This document shows, piece after piece, positions 60,481-64,000 of a stretch of 64,000 nucleotides of DNA. How positions within the stretch are numbered: the first letter of the stretch is position 1; each line of letters begins with the position of its first letter. This DNA is from Mobula hypostoma. Its lineage: Eukaryota. The notes under the pieces were generated by a model that was not told the DNA's origin, did no database searches, and worked only from the letters and a program-made list of their open reading frames with translations. The DNA is taken from NCBI RefSeq assembly GCF_963921235.1, contig NC_086108.1, positions 8,556,001 to 8,620,000 of the forward strand. The letters run 5' to 3'. The position numbers were made by a program, and so were the translations under genes.

Positions 60481-61174
60481 CAAATGGCCTTGATTGCCTC
60501 CAGGCTCAAGAACAGTTTCTGTCCCGCTGGTGTCAGACCCCTGATTGGACCTTTTGTACAATAATATTGATGCTTGGCCTGACAATCTCCCTCATTATGA
60601 TCTTGCACTTTATCGTTTACCTGCATTGCACTCAGCCTGAAATGTCGACTGCTTATCATTTCCATCAATGCTGCCTGACCTGCTGAGTTCCTCCAGTGTT
60701 TTGTGTGTGTTGCTCAAGATTTACGACATCTGCCACATCTCTATTGTGTGCGATGCTGTTGATTGACCTTATTGTCTACCAACACTGTACTTTCTCTCCA
60801 GCTGTAGTACTTTATTCTGATTTCTGATGTTGTTTCTCCTTGTACTGATTCTGAGTGGTGGGGTGGAGTACCAAAGGAAGTGTAAGGTGCTCCTTCCCTC
60901 TGCTAACCTGCCCGTCACCCTTGGGCAAGATGTAGCACCTGCTTAGCCTTAGCCCCACCCCGATCTGGGTCACGTGATGCCATAGGAGCAAGTGGTGGAT
61001 GGTCGTATGAGCAGCCGGTGCATATCACAAATCCTGGTTATGTGACCACTGCCACCAGGCAGACAATCTCAGAAGAGTATTGATAATGGCTGGGGTCACC
61101 CGTCTTGCAAAGACACTGCCCAGAAGAAGGCAGTGGCAAGCCACTTCCTCAGAAAAGTGTTGCCAACAAGACCC

Positions 61175-62569
61175 TTCAGGCCGAGACCCTTCGTCAGGAC
61201 TAACTGAAGGAAGAGTGAGTAAGGGATTTGAAAGTTGGAGGGGGAGGGGGAGATCCAAAATGATAGGAGAAGACAGGAGGGGGAGGGATAGAGCCGAGAG
61301 CTGGACAGGTTATAGGCAAAAGGGAATACGAGAGGATCATGGGACAGGAGGTCCGGGAAGAAAGACAGGGGGAGGTGACTCAGAGGATGGGCAAGAGGTA
61401 TATTCAGAGGAAGAAAAAGGAGAGTGAGAGAAAGAATGTGTGCATAAAAATGAGTAACAGATGGGGTACGAGGGGGAGGTGGGGCCTTAGCAGAAGTTAG
61501 AGAAGTCGATGTTCATGCCATCAGGTTGGAGGCTACCCAGACGGAATATAAGGTGTTGTTCCTCCAACCTGAGTGTGGCTTCATCTCCACAGTAGAGGAG
61601 GCCGTGGACAGACATGTCAGAATGGGAATGGGATGTGGAATTAAAATGTGTGGCCACTGGGAGATCCTGCTGTCAGAATGGGAACGGGATGTGGAATTAA
61701 AATGTGTGGCCACTGGGAGATCCTGCTACACAACTCCCTTGTCCATTCGTCCCCCCCATCCCTCCCCACTGATCTTCCTCCTGGCACTTATCCGTGTAAG
61801 CGGAACAAGTGCTACACATGCCCTTACACTTCCTCCCTTACCACCATTCAGGGCCCCAAACAGTCGAGGCATCACTTCACCTGTGAGTCGACTGGGGTGA
61901 TATACTGCGTCCGGTGCTCCCGATGTGGCCTTTTATATATTGGTGAGACCCGACGCAGACTGGGAGACCGCTTTGCTGAACATCTACGCTCTGTCCGCCA
62001 GAGAAAGCAGGATCTCCCAGTGGCCACACATTTTAATTCCACATCCCATTCCCATTCTGACATGTCTGTCCACGGCCTCCTCTACTGTGGAGATGAAGCC
62101 ACACTCAGGTTGGAGGAACAACACCTTATATTGCGTCTGGGTAGCCTCCAACCTGATGGCATGAACATCGACTTCTCTAACTTCCGCTAAGGCCCCACCT
62201 CCCCCTCGTACCCCATCTGTTACTCATTTTTATGCACACATTCTTTCTCTCACTCTCCTTTTTCTCCCTCTGAATATACCTCTTGCCCATCCTCTGGGTC
62301 ACCCCCCCCCTTGTCTTTCTTCCCGGACCTCCTGTCCCATGATCCTCTCATATCCCCTTTTGCCTATCACCTGTCCAGCTCTTGGCTCTATCCCTCCCCC
62401 TCCTGTCTTCTCCTATCATTTTGGATCTCCCCCTCCCCCTCCAACTTTCAAATCCCTTACTCACTCTTCCTTCAGTTAGTCCTGACGAAGGGTCTCGGCC
62501 TGAAACGTCGACTGCACCTCTTTCTATAGATGCTGCTTGGCCTGCTGCGTTCACCAGCAACTTTGATGT
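61175..62569. mobile_element. Young Penelope-like element with a long 5' inversion; GIY-YIG endonuclease remnant at about 61730-62190 (+)
   Basis: GTYPCKRNKCYTC...FTCESTGVIYCVRCSRCGLLYIGETRRRLGDRFAEH...PVATHFN...LEEQHLILRLGSLQPDGMN; 61175-61670 is the reverse complement of about 62007-62505. Confidence 0.92.
62478..62513 (+). ncRNA. Minimal type I hammerhead ribozyme motif, intact core
   Basis: AGTC-CTGACGA-AGG(GTCTCGG)CCT-GAAAC-GTC-GACT, identical to 4376-4411. Predicted cleavage after C62509. Confidence 0.8.
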
Positions 62570-62944
62570 ATAATACTTAGACAATGCTTCCTTTTGAAAC
62601 TACGTACAAACATCACACCTTTGGATTTCATCCTTCTGACGCCAACATGTCTGGGTTGGTATCCACAGTCTTTAGGAATGTAAGTTAAGTCTACGATACA
62701 TTTATTTGGCATTTCCCGTGCTAACATAGAAGACAATTAATATTTATAATGTATAAGTGATACTGCCTTCGAAACTACAGCATCAGGCACCAGAAGCATC
62801 TGGTATTTACACCTTTTAGGTAGCCCATTGTGGTGGACTCAATCCACAGTCCTTTGTCAAACAGTTAAAATAGAAGTCTGGTGGCCAAAGTCATTTAAAT
62901 GTAAACAAATCATCTACCCAAAAAGAAATCCTCTCTAACAGCAG

Positions 62945-63590
62945 CATTGGAGAGGGTCCAGAAGAGGTTCATAAGAATGATCCTAGGTTAATGTATGAGG
63001 AGCATTTGATGGCTCTCAGCTGGTCCTCGCTGGAGTTCAGAAGATTAAGGAGGTATCTCATTGAAACTTATTAAATATTGGAAGTCCTAGATAAAGTGGA
63101 TGTGGAGAGGACATCTGCTACAGTGGGTTCTAGGACCAGAGGGCACAGCCTCAGAATAGAGGGATATCCATTTAGAACAGAGATGAGGAGGAATTTCTTT
63201 AGCCAGAGGGTGGAGAATCTGTGAAATTCATTGCTACAGGCAGCTGTGGAGGCCAGGTCATTATGTATATTTAAGGCAGAGGTTGACAGATTCTTGATTA
63301 GTCAGGGCATGAAAGGGTACAGGGAGAGGGCAGGAGATTGGGGCTAAGAGGGAAAATGGATCAGCCATGATGAAATGGCGGAGCAGCCTCGTTAACTTGA
63401 AGGCCAAATTATTGAGTATATTTAAAGAGGAGGTTGATAGGTTCTTGATTGGTAAGAGTGTCAAATGTTACAGGGAGAAGGCAGGAGAATAGCGTTGAGA
63501 GGAATAATAAATCAGCCTTGATGGAATTACAGAGCAGACTCGATAGGGTGAATGGCCTAATTCTGCTCCTGTGTCTTTCAGTCTATAAGG
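62945..63590 (+). mobile_element. CR1 LINE 3' fragments with a duplicated 3' UTR segment
   Basis: LERVQKRF.RM...RTRGHSLRI...FFSQRV; the TATTTAA...GAGGTTGA...TCAGCC.TGATG block appears twice (about 63265-63390 and 63415-63580). Confidence 0.75.
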
Positions 63591-64000
63591 CTTGTGGGTA
63601 GAACTGAATCCACAGTCAGAAATGGCCAACTCCCGCTCCAAGTTGATATGCCCACTTAGCAACCCTAGTTTGTCGCCAGTTTCACCACGGGAGACTAAGA
63701 CTTTGGGCCAGCAGGCAGTGTGCGCTGCTGTCGGAAGAAGGCCGCTGCATTCCAGCGTTATCTCACTCTCTCTCCTTGACGGAGAGTGGGAGCCTGTCAG
63801 GCCTCAAGTTTCAGGCTCAGGCAAGCGCTGCAGAAGATTGTAACATCGGAAGAGCGAGCTGCTGGTCTCCCGCTCTCGTCGTTGCAGGAGCGGTATCTTT
63901 CTCCCTCGCTGGAGAGAGAGAGAGAGAGATAGCGAGAGCCTATTTGAGATACTGAAGTGTTGGGATGGACTGTGATTTCTGATGGTCTCTAGATCAATGA

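Overview
Eukaryotic vertebrate DNA, not prokaryotic. The repeat families (CR1, Rex1/Babar, HE1/V-SINE-like SINEs, Penelope-like elements) suggest a cartilaginous fish, probably a ray; this is an inference. The only host gene I can recognise is the GC-rich promoter and first coding exon (2206-2376, +) of a PPP1R14A/CPI-17-type PP1 inhibitor. I find no exon 2, so the remaining ~61.6 kb looks like one large, TE-saturated first intron. The TE content includes the 3' end of an AcademX DNA transposon, many CR1 and Rex1/Babar fragments, L1-like tails with TSDs, RTE-derived non-autonomous elements, a rearranged Chapaev3 copy and a 1.6-kb palindromic Tc1 derivative. There are also about a dozen Penelope-like element (PLE) pieces carrying minimal hammerhead ribozyme motifs. 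The main non-routine observations are: (1) short hammerhead-bearing PLE insertions, often tail-to-tail inverted, with 13-14 bp TSDs; (2) a Tc1 foldback element made of two inverted transposase 3' halves; (3) two inverted 95-bp tandem arrays whose units resemble each other more than their host LINE flanks do; (4) a candidate composite element bounded by two ~70-bp mini-MITEs; (5) TARYDR in place of the family TVKYDR motif at the CPI-17 phosphosite. Repeat boundaries were set by eye and are approximate unless a TSD is given. No database search was possible.
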